Shown here: piece after piece, positions 25,899-39,405 of the stretch
How positions within the stretch are numbered: position 1 is the first letter of the stretch
Layout of the letters: every line of letters begins with the position of its first letter
Assembly: GCF_020745735.1 (NCBI RefSeq)
Contig: NC_083409.1
Span: 15,161,873-15,225,872, forward strand
Length of the DNA stretch: 64,000 nucleotides
From: Hemiscyllium ocellatum
Taxonomy: Eukaryota
Direction: 5' to 3'
Made by a program: the position numbers and the translations under genes
Notes under the pieces: generated by a model
Told to the model about the DNA's origin: nothing
Database searches by the model: none
What the model saw: the letters and a program-made list of their open reading frames with translations, nothing else

Positions 25899-26929
25899 GT
25901 ATGACCCACTGAATGACAGGAAAATGTTGGGCTATCATTAATACTTCATAAATGAACATGTTTCCCCAAGGTTCCAATTTGTTGCAAACCTTTTTTATAT
26001 GGCAATCCAGCTTTTCCTTGAAATGCCAACAACAAATGCTGCTGTATGTAATGGATATGCTCGGCCTAGGGATACATTTCCATGGCATGGTGTTTCTGAA
26101 TGCAGTTCTCCTACTGGCAATACTTTGCTATGATTATCCTCAATAGTGCACTTTCAGGGAAGGATTATGAACCAAACTTTGAGAAGAATGATTGTACAAT
26201 GAGGCCACTGGGTCCAGGGGTGGGGGTAATGCTGCTTGTTGTCTTTTGAATTTGTTAATTTTCCCCACCTTATCCCTCCATGTGAACGAAATGAGCTACC
26301 TGCTGTTATTGCAATGGATGAGCTCTCACACATACAAATGAACAGATTCCAGCTCTCGCTGGTTGCCAAGTGCCCTGGATTTGTCTTTAATTTATGATGT
26401 TAATGGAAGGGATGCAACATTTATTGCCATTTAAACATTTTATTTTTCACCCTTGCTTTCCCCCTTGCCCTTGTAAGTAGTTTTAAAAAAAAATACAAGA
26501 CATGGGATTGCTGATGAGGAGATCACTTAGTTTGTATTTCTAATTGCTTTGGAAAAGGTGGTGAGCTACTGTCATGATCCTGGTTAAAACATCTTTGTTT
26601 CATCTGACTTTGTCCTAAAGCCACCTTTATGGTTTTCCCTTTGTCTTGTTTTCTTCATGAATTGCAAATTTGAAGTTTGAGACTGAGACTATGAGCCAAG
26701 CCAAATTACATCACTACCATGAGTTGGGACACAGTGAAATTGAGATATTAACTAACTCTCAAAATTGCTCAATTGTTCCTAACCTGACTTCAGAAATAAC
26801 AGATCTTGGACATCAAGGTTAGGACTTAAACAAAAACAAGCAACTTTAACAGAACGCTGATGAATTCCAAGGAAATCAAATCAGGATGTACAATGTGAAC
26901 TCAAACTGCTTTGAACGTTTACCCGACTT

Positions 26930-27460
26930 ACATAGAACATTACAGCGCAGTACAGGCCCTTCGGCCCTCGATGTCATGCCAACCTGTGAAACCAAACTAA
27001 AGCCCATCTATCCTACACTATTCTGTAATCATCCACATGTTTATCCAATGACCTTTTAAATGCCCTTTAAGTTGGTGAGTCCATGACTGTTGCAGGCAGT
27101 GCGTTCCACACCCCTACCACTCTGAGTAAAGAACCTACATCTGAGATCATTCCTATATCTATCACCCCTCAATTTACAGCTATGTCCCCTCATGCTATCC
27201 TTCTGCACTACCCACAACTCCACCGACTTTCGTGTCATCCACAAATTTACTAACCCATCCTTCTACGCCCTCGTCCAGGACATTTATAAAAATGAGAAGC
27301 AGCAGTGGCCCGAAAACCAATCCTTGCGGTACACCTCTAGTAACTGAACTCCAGGATGAACATTTCCCATCAACCACTTGGTTTTCTGCCTCTTTTTCAA
27401 CATTCGCTGTGAGCAGGCCAGCACCGGTCCTTCCAAGATTGTTCAATTTAACATCCAACT
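26930..27460 (-). mobile_element. CR1-like fragments (3' tail and RT core)
   Basis: GVPQGLVFGPLL..INVLD..KFVDDTKVGG on the - strand. Confidence 0.8.
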
Positions 27461-28315
27461 CGTCTCTGAGCACAGCAGCACCCTGGGGCTGAAACATCTG
27501 GAGTGTTCTTAGACCAGTAATTAATCTGCATTGTCTCTCCAGGCCAGCAGATATTTATCTTTGTTCTCCCCCTTTTTTTGTTTTAAAACAAGTTGCTTTT
27601 CAAAATTCAATTCTTAACTTCAGCTCACAGTTCCAAACCAAAACTGAGAAAAACATAGTGATGGTCTCAACAAGTTGCTGATTTTTGTTGGCATAGGTGT
27701 TGCCAATCACGCAGTGTCACGCAGACTTGGAATGTTATGTTATGTGCTGTTGGACCCACTATAGATTTGCCAGATTCTGTACTCACTCAACCCAGGCACA
27801 CTTTCCAACTTGCCCAGTAGCAAGAACTAATACGCAATTCTCGAAAATGGAAATCTGCCTATTCATCATCTTTCTCTTCTGCAAAGTACTTGGCAGCTGA
27901 GGACAGTTTTTCAGGTTTGAGAACTCAGGTTAACTCACCACAGGCCAGGAGGCAACCTCCTGAAATAAAATCAGAAATGCTCACTCAAAGTTAGGCATCA
28001 GCTGTCGAAAAAGAACGTGAGTAACTCTTTCATGATGATTTTCCACCTGGAGTATTTGAATGTTTGAGTTTGTGTTGACAATACATTTTGTCGAAGAAAA
28101 ACACAAAGTTTTCATCAAGGAAAGCATTATAAGTTGTAAAAGTTGCACAGTGCCACCTGGAAACTGTGCAACTTAGAACTTAATGGGTGATGGAGTTGCG
28201 TGCCCTGACTTCATTTTTGTCTGCAGTCTGTTGTCAAAATAAATTTATTGATGATGTAAAGACGGGTTTGGTTGGTCTCTAACATGGTAATACATTGTAT
28301 ACAATTTCACCACAG

Positions 28316-28462
28316 GCTGAAATCAGGCATCTTCAAAAAGCCAACAAGGCTGCTCACAGGGAGAGGCAGCTGATCCTGAAACAGCAGGAGGAGATTCAAC
28401 ACATGCTCCAGACCACCAGGGAAATTCAGGAGAGGCTCAAATCAGTTGGGGAGAGCAAGTTG
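28316..28462 (+). pseudogene. CEP350: CEP350-like middle exon (AEIRHLQKANK)
   Basis: cag|AEIRHLQKANKAAHRERQLILKQQEEIQ..LKSVGESKL|gttagt. Confidence 0.92.
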
Positions 28463-28603
28463 GTTAGTATCCCACCATTTGCAAATTCCTGAACTGTTCA
28501 ATGCAAGGTTACTATTAAACTTAGGAATTACTAACTCAGCAGCATGAATGATGAGTAATCACTTTCAACCCAAACTTGCTATCAGCCAGGTTTCTGGTCT
28601 ATA

Positions 28604-28658
28604 TGACCAGCAGCATCATGCAAAAACTGAAGAAGATGCGCAGTCATGTGGATGAAAA
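28604..28658 (+). pseudogene. CEP350: CEP350-like exon remnant with its 5' part missing (TSSIMQKLKKMRS)
   Basis: TSSIMQKLKKMRSHVDE aa|gtaata; phase 2 joins g|ttc at 37360 to give EK-FL. Confidence 0.8.
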
Positions 28659-28841
28659 GTAATATCTGTTATGGCTTCTTTTAAGGCATATTGCTGTGAA
28701 AGACTGGCAAGCCACCCAGCTCATTTGTCAGCTGGTGATGTTATAGAGAGGATGAGAAAGAGTGGCTCTGAGCAGAGGTAAATATATGAAATCTATTTGA
28801 CTGCTTTCAAAGGCAGTGTGTTTGCTGAATATGGTGTTTCT

Positions 28842-29963
28842 TTGAGTCCCCAACGGACTGGTGGGAAACAGTAAAAGGGAACATCAAGAGGTTTTTCATC
28901 CTCAAAGGTGTTCAGGAGGCGAGACAGAGGCGGGGAAAACTGTCTCAACTCCAGGAAAGTATGCAGAATGTGCTCCTGCTGCAGACGATGGGGTTCGATG
29001 TCACGGAGGACCTCAAGGAGGTGAAGGGCCAGCAAGCCTCGATCTTTGCCTCGGAGGCCTCCAAGATAATCTTCCGGTCCAGGGTCCGCTCGGTGGAGCA
29101 GGACGAGACGGGCTCACGTTTCTTCTTCCAGAAGGTGCAAGAAGAGAGCTCTGTGCTCAGCAGCCTGAAGGAAGAAGATGGCTCGATAACGTCATCTCAG
29201 GCTGAGGTCATGAGAATCAGTAAATTCTTCTATGCCAGTCTGTATGACTCGAAACCGACTGACAGCGCGGCCTCCCAGTCGTTCCTGTCTTCTATCACGG
29301 AGGTCTTAGACGACAGAACACGCGAGAGCCTGGACCAGCCGCTATCTCTGGATGAGCTGACCAAGACCCTCGAGTCCTTCGAAAAGAATAAAACTCCCTG
29401 AAGTGACGGCTTACCGGTCGAGCTCTATTCTGCTCTGTGGGACTTGATTGGCCAGGACCTGCTGGAGGTGTATGTCAGTATGCTTCGGGCAGGTACCATA
29501 GTGAATCCATGAGGAAAGGCATCATCACCTTCATCTACAAGCAGAAGGGGGAGAGGGAGGAACTCCAAAATTGGAGACCAATCTCACTGTTGAATGAGGA
29601 TTACAAGATTCTGTCAAAGGTAATCGCCAACCGGGTCAGGTCTGCTCTGGGGTCAATGATTCACCCTGACCAAACCAGTGCTGTGCTGGGCAGGAAGATC
29701 GCTGAGAGTCTTGGACTCCTCAGGGATACGATCTCCTACGAGCAGGACAGAGGGTTGGAAACTTGCCTGACCAGCCTGGACCAAGAGAAAACCTATGACA
29801 GGATATCACACAGGTATATGAGAGATGTTCTCTCCAAAATGGGCTTTGGGGAGGGAAGCTGCAATTGGAACAGAATGCTCTACACCAACATTGTCAGTGC
29901 AGTCTCAATCAATGGGTAGGAATCAAATAGCTTCCCAGTCAGATCTGGAGTCAGGCAGGGCTG

Positions 29964-29996
<33 letters not shown>

Positions 29997-31651
29997 GCCT
30001 TGTTTGTGTGCTGCATAGAGCCATTTGCCGAGTCCATCAGGAAGGATGCGAGCCTGAGAGGGGTGACTATTCCTGGCAGCGGGGGCATGCAGGTTAAGGC
30101 CTCCCTGGACATGGATGACGTCGCCGTTTTCTGCTCGGATCCCCTGTCCGTGCGCAGACTCGTGCATATGTGGCCAGTTCGAATGGGCCTCGGAGGCCAA
30201 GGTAAACCGAGGCAAGAGCGAGGCCATGCTCTTCGGGAACTGGCCGACCAATCCTCGATCCCATTCACCGTCAGGACCGACCACCTGAAGGTGCTGAGTA
30301 TTTGGTTCGGGAGGGCGGGGGCATGCACCAAGTCTTGGGAGGAGCGTATCAGCAAAGTGAGGCAGAAACTGGGCAGATGGAAGCTACGGTCGCTCTCCAT
30401 CAGGGGAAAAAATCTGGTCATCAGGCACTGTCATTGCTGTTATACGTGGCACAGGTCTGGCCTATTCCCAGAACCTGTGCCGCTGCAGTCACCCGGGCCA
30501 TCTTCCAGTTTATATGGAGATCAAAGATGGACCCGGTCCGAAGGGACTCGCTGTACAAAGATCTGGGCAACGGGGGAAAAAATACACTCCATGCCACCCT
30601 CACCCTGATGGCCACCTTTGTGTGTGGCTGCATCAAACTGTGCCTGGATCTCCAGTACGCAAACACCAAGTGTCACTACGTACTGAGGTTCTACCTGTCC
30701 CCGGTGTTGCGAAGGATGGGCCTGGCCTCGCTGCCGCGGAACGCTCCGAGTAGATGGACCATTCCATATCACTTGTCCTTCGTGGAGAAGTTTATGAAGA
30801 AAAACACCTTTGACCACAAGTCAGTCAGGAAGTGGTCAGCACGTAGTGTCCTTGAGACCCTTTGGGAAAAGGAGTGGGCGGATCTTATCGAGCAGTTCCC
30901 TGAGCAGACTGTCAAAGCCATTTGGCAGAATGCCTCATCGCCAGAACTTTCCAACAAGCACCAAGACATGGCTTGGCTGGTGGTGAGAAGGGCTCTGCCT
31001 GTGAGATCCTTTAAGCACACACGGACACTCAGCCGCACCACACGCTGCCCTCGAAGCGGTTGCGGGGGGGAAGAGACTGTCACGCACCTCCTTCTGGAAT
31101 GTGCCTATGCAGAGGAAGTCTGGAGAGGAATGCATTGGTGTTTGTCGAGGTTCTTCCCGAGCAACGCCGTGACGCGGGACTCCGTGCTCTACGGCCTGTT
31201 CCCCAGGACGCACACCGAGACGAACATCAACTGTGCCTGGAGGATCATCAACTCGGTGAAGGACGCTCTCTGGGCGGTCCGAAACCTGTTGATCATCCAG
31301 CTGAAGGAGTTGACCCCGACTGAGTGTTGAAGACTGGCACATTCCAAGGTCCAGGACTACGTGTTGAGGGATGCGCTGAAGCTTGGGGAAACTGCCGCCA
31401 AGACGCGGTGGGGAAAGACCACCGTGTAACATCTGCCTGCCTAAAGAAGAACAGGGGGGTCCATGCAGTCATTTGGGCTCTGCTGATGCCTCAGCTAAAT
31501 ATATGGGCATATGATTGAAAAATGTACAGACCTGTATATAAAAATGATAAATTCTGATCTCTATGTAAATGTTTACATATGTATGGCATGACCAACTGTA
31601 CAGACCATCAAATTATTTTATGAATAAAGTATATTTTTGAAATAAAAAAAA
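28842..31651 (+). mobile_element. Tx1/L1-like LINE, 5'-truncated, with RT, C-terminal CCHC finger, 3' UTR and A-tail
   Basis: WRPISLLNEDYKIL, LDQEKTYDR, QGCPLSP, MDDV and CPRSGCGGEETVTHLLLEC; AATAAA plus A-run at ~31623-31651; several stops and frameshifts. Confidence 0.92.
29966..29993. repeat. (CT)14 microsatellite inside the Tx1 RT motif
   Basis: Read directly in the sequence. Confidence 0.95.
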
Positions 31652-31948
31652 TATAGAGAGGATGAAAAAGAGAGAGACCAAGTGACTCTGAGCAGAGATA
31701 AATATATGAAGTCCATTTAACTGTTTTTCAAAGGCAGTGTGTTTGCTGCATATGGTGTTTCTAATTATCCCACCTGAGGTGTTGTCATGTTTGACCCTGA
31801 GAGTGGGGCAGCAAAACATCAATATGGCCTCACTGCTACTGCTCTCCAAGTAGGAGAGCTTTTTTCTTACCCTTATCTTTTTTTATTTACACCCATTGCC
31901 CTGGTGTAACAGTCTCAGAGTCGAAAACTAGAGAGCATAAGTAAGAAA

Positions 31949-32259
31949 GCACGGTGGCACAGTGGTTAGCACTGCTGCCTCACAGCGCCTGTAGATCCGG
32001 GTTCAATTCCCGACTCAGGCGACTGACTGTGTGGAGTTTGCACGTTCTCCCCGTGTCTGCGTGGGTTTCCTCCGGGTGCTCCGGTTTCCTCCCACAGTCA
32101 CAAAGATGTGCGGGTCAGGTGAATTGGCCAAGCTAAATTGCCCGTAGTGTTAGGTAAGGGGTAAATGTAGGGGTATGGGTGGGTTGCGCTTCAGCGGGTC
32201 GGAGTGGACTTGTTGGGCCGAAGGGCCTGTTTCCACACTGTAAGTCTAATCTAATCTAA
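31949..32259 (+). mobile_element. HE1-like SINE, full length
   Basis: A box GGTGGCACAGTGGTTAGC, B box GGGTTCAATTCCC, (TCTAA)n tail. Confidence 0.93.
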
Positions 32260-34869
32260 AGGAAAAATTTAAAAGTTACCTAAGGGGCAACTTCTTCACA
32301 CATGTTTGGAATGAGCTGCCAGAGTTGGTAGTGAAGGTAGTTGGCAGCAATAATGACAACACTAAACAAACATCAGATGGGTTTGTAATCTGTGGTTGGA
32401 CTGTTCGGAAGGCAGTGCTTGAGATTGTCCCACTATCTAAGTCAGAAAGAGAAATGGAGCTGGGGTTGGTTTTGATTAGCTCTGTTGCCATTTGAAGTTA
32501 ATGAATCGAGCAGAAGGGGTTGTGTTGAGGTTGAGGTGTAGGGAAGTTGGCTCCAAATGTTTTGATGGAATATTTGTAATTTCTCCTTAATAATATGAGG
32601 TTTTCTTGAGTATCTAAAGATAAAGCAATTTTGGGATGATACTCAGCTGTTTTGTTTTTCTTATATTGCTCCTTTTTTGTAAATTTTGCTCTCCTGTCTC
32701 ACTACTTCTTCTCTGTCTTTACGTCTCATCACTGGGCTTCTCTCAGTGCCTGTTTTCCCAACATGCATCCCAAATTCCAGCTGTCCATCTTCAACCAGCT
32801 GGTCAGGTACTTTGCAACCTCTGCTTCTCACTGATCGAGCATGCTCTGTTTCGAGGGTCAAGGGAAAGGAATTGTGTCGAGAAATGGCTTTGGCTTTGTT
32901 GTGGCTTCACATAGATGCAGCAAGCTGCTAGTTGGCAATGTACTGCAGACTTTATAATTAATCTGGAACATGCTTTTAAATTGGCATTACTGTGAAAGCA
33001 AGAAGTTGAAGTTACACAAATAATCTTGAGCTGCTCATGCTAACAGGGTACAACAAAGATTGACCTGTTTTACGTTGAGTTGGACTTTTGCAAATCGTCT
33101 GGCAGAGTTAGCAGCCCACTAACCTTGATAAATGTAGCTTTAAGAAATCTGAAATTTGAGTTGCAAGGTTGAATTTTCAGCTGGCACTGCCTCTTTAAGA
33201 GGGCAAATGTGTCTTTGGTGAACAGTGAGGTATTCTTATGGATGTGAAAACTTAATTGGTATGTAACCGTCAGAGTAGACATGAGTATCTCCAACTACAT
33301 GCAGCTAATTTTGTTAAAATGCCTGTCAGTTTAATAGTGCTGTCAGATCTCAAATCTTTGTTTAAAATTGAAAGTACCAATAAGAAATAATATTCAGGGC
33401 TCAGTGCTGCATTTAGTAGCAACTGGACAAACTCAGGAACATTTTGGATGATTTTAGCTGTGGCAGGAATTCTGTATTGATTTCGAATTTGAATTTAATC
33501 TTGCTTCAGAGCTATTTGATTTCCCTTTTTTATTTTTTATACTGCATTCGAAATTAAGTTTGTTACTTTAATACTTTTCTGCAGCTCCTTCGTAGACTCC
33601 CACAGAAAAGACAATCACATCTCCCTCTTTTTACTTTGTTGACTGTTGGTATTTCTACCGTACAGGATCTGTTATGGGGTAATCAACCATCTTCTTCCTG
33701 TTCAGATTTTAAGAGAAAAGGGCTTGGTATTGATGGCAGGGTAACTTAGCTGAGATTTTAACTGGATCAGCCACATAAATACTCTGGCTGCAAGAGCAGC
33801 TCAGCAGCTGGGTGTTCTGCAAAGAATAACTTACCAAAGCCTGAGAGGCACTTTTTGGGAGTGTGATGGAATACTCTCCATGTGCTTGCATGAGTACTGC
33901 TCCAACAACAAGGAAAATGCTTGTCATTGTCCTGAGCAAAGCAGCCCACTTGGTTGACATCCCACCCCATTGATTTCCTCCTCAATGGCACACATTTGCA
34001 GCAGTGTGTACCAGATATGAGATGCACTACAGCAACTAACCAAGGCTGTTTTGACAGCACCTTCCAAACCCATGATCTGTGCCATCTGAAGACAATGGTA
34101 GCTATTGCTCCCTTACTAATGCTGCCACCTCCCAATTCCCTTCCAAGCTGCATAACATTTTGAATTGGAATTATATCACTAAACCTGGAACACATCCTGA
34201 CAGCACTATGGGTGTACCTTCAAGAGGGCAATATACCACCACTTATGGGCAATTGGGAATGAGCAACAAATGCTGGTTTCATTGGCACCATTCTTATTCC
34301 TTGAAACTATCTTCAATGAAAGCAAGTAACACAAATATACCCTGTGGTTACAGTGCAGCTGTGTACACAATCTGCAGACACTGTGCTATAAACTTCACCT
34401 GTTCTAAATAGTATTTTCGTTAAAACGCTGCATCTAACTGAATATTTATTCATTAATTAATCATGAGAGAGGAAAAAGTTTTGTCATTTTGCAGCAATGC
34501 AATAGTATTTTGTGATAATCCAGTTTAATTGAAGATCTCTTTGTCTTATACAATGTGATGTGAATGTTTAGATTACATGTAGGCTGTACTACATTTCTGA
34601 ATGAAATTCACCCAGAATTAGTGAAATTATTGAAAAATATTGCAGAATTTGAAGTGTGAGTTATATTTGCTGTGTGAATGTTGTAATATTGGAAAGCTAA
34701 TAGAAACTAGCACGTTCTCCCAGGGTGAATTAAATACCACTGGAACTTTGTAGCAGTTATGCTTGTGTAAACCTTTAAAGGCGCGTGAAAAAAAAATAAG
34801 CTTTTTGTTTTGTGATCCAGGTAAGCAATTAACATGTTTTAGAAGTATTTGTATATTTTTCCTGTTATT

Positions 34870-35900
34870 CACAAGAAAAGCCTTCTGTCATTCGGTATGA
34901 CCATGACTGATCATCCAACTCCATATCCTGGTCCCACTTTCTCCCCATGCCATTTGATCTCTTTCACCCTAAGAATTATATCTAACCCTTGAAAATATTC
35001 AATGTTTTGTCCTGAAATACATTTTGTGGCAGAGAATTTTGTTGGTTCAACACTATCTGGATGAAGAAATTTCTCCTCCTCTCTGTTCTGAATAGCCTAA
35101 CCTATATCCTTTAGACTATGACCACTGGTTCTGGCCTACCCCACCATGAAGGCCAAGATATCATTTGCCTTCACCACATGCTGCATCTGCATGCTTACTC
35201 TCAGTGACTGGTGAACAAAGACACCCTTTGTTGTAACTTTCCCTTTCCTAACCTATTCAGATAATCTCGCTGTCTGTTTTTGCAACCAAAAACTTCACAT
35301 TTATCACAATTATCTTTCATCTGCCATGCATTTTCCCAATCACTCAACTTATGTAAATCACACTTGAAGCATCTCTGCATCCTCCTCACAGTTTACCCTT
35401 CCACCCAGCTTTGTGTCACCCACAAACTTAGAAATAGTAATAGTTCCCTCATTTAAATCATTTTTATGTATAGTGAATAACTGGGTTTGAACCATTGATC
35501 CCTGTAGTACCTCACTGGTCATTGGCTGCCACTCAGAAAATGGCCTGTTTATTCCAGCTCTTTGTTTCCTGTCTGCCAACTAGCGCTCTGTCCATGCAAA
35601 TACACTCCCCCCGATCTCTCACATTATATGCTAATTTCTTATGTGGGACCTGATCAAAAGAATTCTGAAGTCAAAGTAACTCCCACGGGTTGTCCCTTAT
35701 CAATTCTACAAGTTAGACCCTCAAAATTTCAGTAGTTTGCTAAGTATGATTCCCCTCTTTTAAATCCATGCCAACTCTGTCCAATCCTGTCACTGTTCAG
35801 TAAGAACCTTGACTGTACACCAATAATCTGCTGCCAGAATTTGGACAGCGGGCACACTGCCCTCCAAAGAAAAATCTGCTGTCACAGGCTTCACTCTTAT
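34870..35900 (-). mobile_element. Degenerate CR1-like fragments
   Basis: EVLQGSMVQTQLFTIHKNDL..KFVGDTKLGG on the - strand. Confidence 0.75.
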
Positions 35901-37359
35901 CGCATACGTTTATTGTCCAATTCTTTCATGTGATCATTGATTTTACAAACAATTTCTAAAATTCTTTAAATCTTGAAGAAATCTGATGCTAGCCCATTGT
36001 AGAAGTGAATGGAAAGTGTGATGCTTGCTTGACCTTTGTCTCTATGGATCAGACCTAACCGAACCTTTAGCAAGGTGTGGGATGTGTCCCACAAACATTT
36101 TTTAAAAAGCAAAGATTATTCTGAGATTTAAGTGTTCAATAGGTATGATCAAAAAACTTCGCAAAATTAAGAGTTTGTTTTCAGCTACTTTGAAGAGACA
36201 TGCTCTAGGCTGACAATTTTGTGACGTAGTCATTCTATGATAAAGGTGGCTGTGTCCAACACTACAGGATGTTGTGCTGAAGTGTCTAATTGGCTGGGTG
36301 AGCTTTATTACTGGTGTAACTTGGCTCATGTTGGGATGGAATGCTCCTTTGAATTAAATCTTGTTTTTAAACTGAGGTGTCCTTGTGTCACTCAAGTGTG
36401 GAAACTACGCTCAAGTTTATGCTTTTGTTTCACTTTTACAGATTAATATTTTTCTGATCTGTTTTATAAATAAAGTTCAATATGGAAAATGTAGTGCTGG
36501 CGAAACTCAAGTCCAGCAGCATCAGTGAAGTGAAAAAAAAAACGTTTTGAGTTTCAAGTCCAGTGACCTGTTGTCCGTTCAGACGAAGAGTCAGTGAACA
36601 TAAAACATAACTTTTGTTTCTCTTCACAGATTCTGTCAGACCTGCTGAGTTTCTCCAGCACTTTGTTTCTTTGGTTCAGATGTCCAGCATCTGCAGCTCT
36701 TTGTTTTATTACAGACCCTAGTAATTTGACTCGGAGCGAGAGACAGCAACTGTGGTAAACTAGGATAAAAATCCCCCACCATGGCAAAAAGAAAACGCAT
36801 AATTCCTTATATTTTGCATAACACCATAAAATATAAATAGGAAATGCTATTGAGCTATATGCAAGAAGGCGTATCATCTGACTTGTCTCAAACCTCTGAC
36901 GAAACTTTGAGGACCAGGCTATCAGAATTGTATTTACTTGCTTCCTTTGAGATCACAGTCCACAAATGTCCCAGTTCCAGTCCCTTGGCCGGGCCAGGTT
37001 ACCAATTGCGGTGGGGTGGGGAGCTCTGTGTTAAACTGAAGTTTTATTTAAGAGCAGCTTTGCAGATTGAAGTTGATGGTTTTGACTAATATTGCGTCAG
37101 CAAACTTGGAGGAAATCCTTCTGCACTGAGTCTATTTACATGCAGTAGTGCTACAATGTTCTCGGATGCATGAATTGTACAAGGAGACATTGCCCTGAAT
37201 TTTGTTTGTGTTGTGCAACTATAACCCAAACAGTGTTGAATTTAAAAAGTAAGAATTATACATTTTGAGCTGCAGGTTAATGTCCAATTTTAGAAATGAA
37301 TATCAGCGCTAGCTGACACTTTCTTTCGCTCTCCCCCGTCCTGCTTGCATGTCCATCAG

Positions 37360-37556
37360 GTTCCTCACTAAACGGGAGCAGAAACTGCTGCATCGGCGAC
37401 GGCGTGCGGAGGAGCTGCTGGAGTGGAAGCGGCGGCTCGATGCTGAGGAAGCTGTGATCCAGCACATGGAAGAACAGGCTCAGGCTGCTTGGGACCAGCA
37501 GCTCAAAACAAACATGATAAAGGGAGAGGCAAGCAAGAAGATTTCCGAATCAGAAG
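37360..37556 (+). pseudogene. CEP350: CEP350-like middle exon (FLTKREQKL)
   Basis: cag|.FLTKREQKLLHRRRRAEELLEWKRRLDAEEAVIQHMEEQAQAAWDQQL..|gtaatg. Confidence 0.93.
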
Positions 37557-38411
37557 GTAATGTTAGCCTCTGTTTCTTGTTTGTTTGTTTTCTCTTCAAG
37601 ACAGTAATGCATTTACTGTAGTTCTGACTGCTTTCAAGTGCACTTTGGTATCGCTGACTGTCACGGCACGTGTGAGGTGGTATATTGATGTGTAAATGTC
37701 ATCAGTCTGCATTAATGCAGAAGAAGCAAGGTGTAAACCTGGCCTTTTATTTTGCCTGTCTCATTCATTCAAGGAAATCCTATTTCCCAAGCATCTGCCG
37801 TGATCCATTTAATCAGCATAGCTCAGATATTGGAATTATCATCTTTCTCAATGGGACCTTGACACAATAGCCCAGTGTAGTTTCCCACTCACCCTCTCGT
37901 GGGAGGCTGAAGTTTCAGATTTTAATTCCTTTCACTGCTGGTCGTTGCGTATCACTTGCAGAGTTGAGAAGCAGCAAAAGTTGTAATCAGTGTGAGAGCT
38001 TGGATGTTGTTTACAGAAGACTATGTGGCCACTTTGTTTACATGGAAAAATCTAATTTTCTTTGCAATATTGATGATTAACTTCATTCTTCACCATTAAC
38101 AGCAGCATGAAACTGTAACAACGGGACTGCACAGAATGTTGTATCGGAGTATTTTGACGATCAGCATCTATGTCTGATAGAATCTGAATTAGCTCAAAGT
38201 GCTTTTCATCAGTGACCTGTGCATACTTAACTTTCTCTGGTTAATTGTTTCTAACCTACTCCCCTTATGATACTGTTACATGCATCTGAAGTAAGGAATA
38301 TATTGAAAGGAGGATGAAGTTGTAAGACAGTCATACTGAATTGTGCATCTCACTTTAAGCACTGTTAATCCATTGCTGTATAAATGTTCTAAGTATTGTT
38401 ATTTTCTGTAG

Positions 38412-38614
38412 ACACAGGCAGTGAGGAAGAATGTCCTGTGCCGCCTTGCTCCCAGCCCCACAGGGACAGTTCAATTCCTGAGGAAGTTAGATGTTCACCT
38501 GCTCAGACACTGGAATCACCATCAGCAGCCCTTCGGATGACCACCAGTCCTGACCATCCTATTTTCACAGATGGTGTTTATTCCCAGGATTTTGTCACAA
38601 CACACAGTAAAATG
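38412..38614 (+). pseudogene. CEP350: CEP350-like middle exon (DTGSEEE..SSIPEE)
   Basis: tag|..SSIPEEV..YSQDF..|gtaaaa; phases fit the flanking exons. Confidence 0.7.
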
Positions 38615-38734
38615 GTAAAAGATGTTTTGCATTTTTTTGCTACAAAATATGTTCCTAATGAGTAAAGAATGTCATTTAAGGCTGCAGAGAATGGAAAATC
38701 CTTGGTTCGCTCAAAATCAGTCCCAGGGAAACTG

Positions 38735-38950
38735 GAAGTGGAGAGAATGGGAAACAGTGTGGGGAGAGGGAATGGGAGATCTGAGGGAATGGGAGTTCTG
38801 AGAATGAATGGAAAATATAAGTGTGGGGGGGAATGGGAATTCTGAGTGGGGTTGGGAAACATGGGAGTGGGATGAAATGGAAATTCTGAGAGGGAATTTG
38901 AAATGGGAATGGCAGAGAATGGGAATTCTGAGGGGGGAATGAGATGGGGC
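38735..38950. repeat. Degenerate purine-rich GGGAAT/CTGAG simple repeat
   Basis: Repeated GGGAATGGGA(G/A)TTCTGAG-like units. Confidence 0.7.
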
Positions 38951-39079
38951 TCTGGTCCTCAGGGGGTTATATGGACTTAAAAGGCCAAATGGCTTGCTTT
39001 GACACTTTATGGAATCTCCGATTATCTGTCTCTGTCCTACCTCCATTCTTCCACTGCAGGAGCCTCGTCAATGTTTTCT

Positions 39080-39405
39080 TTAGATTACTTAGATTAGATT
39101 AGATTAGATTACTTACAGTGTGGAAACAGGCCCTTCAGCCCAACTAGTCCACACCAACCCGCCGAAGCGCAACCCACTCATTCCCCAACATTTACCCCTT
39201 ACCTAACACTACGGGCAATTTAGCATGGCCAATTCACCTGACCCGCACATCTTTGGACTGTGGGAGGAAACCGGAGCACCCGGAGGAAACCCACGCAGAC
39301 ACGGGGAGAACGTGCAAACTCCACACAGTCAGTCGCCTGAGTCGGGAATTGAACCCGGGTCTCAGGCGCTGTGAGGCAGCAGTGCTAACCACTGTGCCAC
39401 CGTGC
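39080..39405 (-). mobile_element. HE1-like SINE, full length
   Basis: Close reverse complement of 31949-32259. Confidence 0.93.

Noticed and set aside
31949-32030. tRNA gene-like A/B boxes (also ~2700-2756 and ~39340-39405)
   Set aside because: These are SINE heads continuing into HE1 body and tail; there is no complete cloverleaf
38735-38950. G-rich repeat as an Ig switch-like region
   Set aside because: Short, degenerate and inside a CEP350-like intron; light-chain loci do not class-switch
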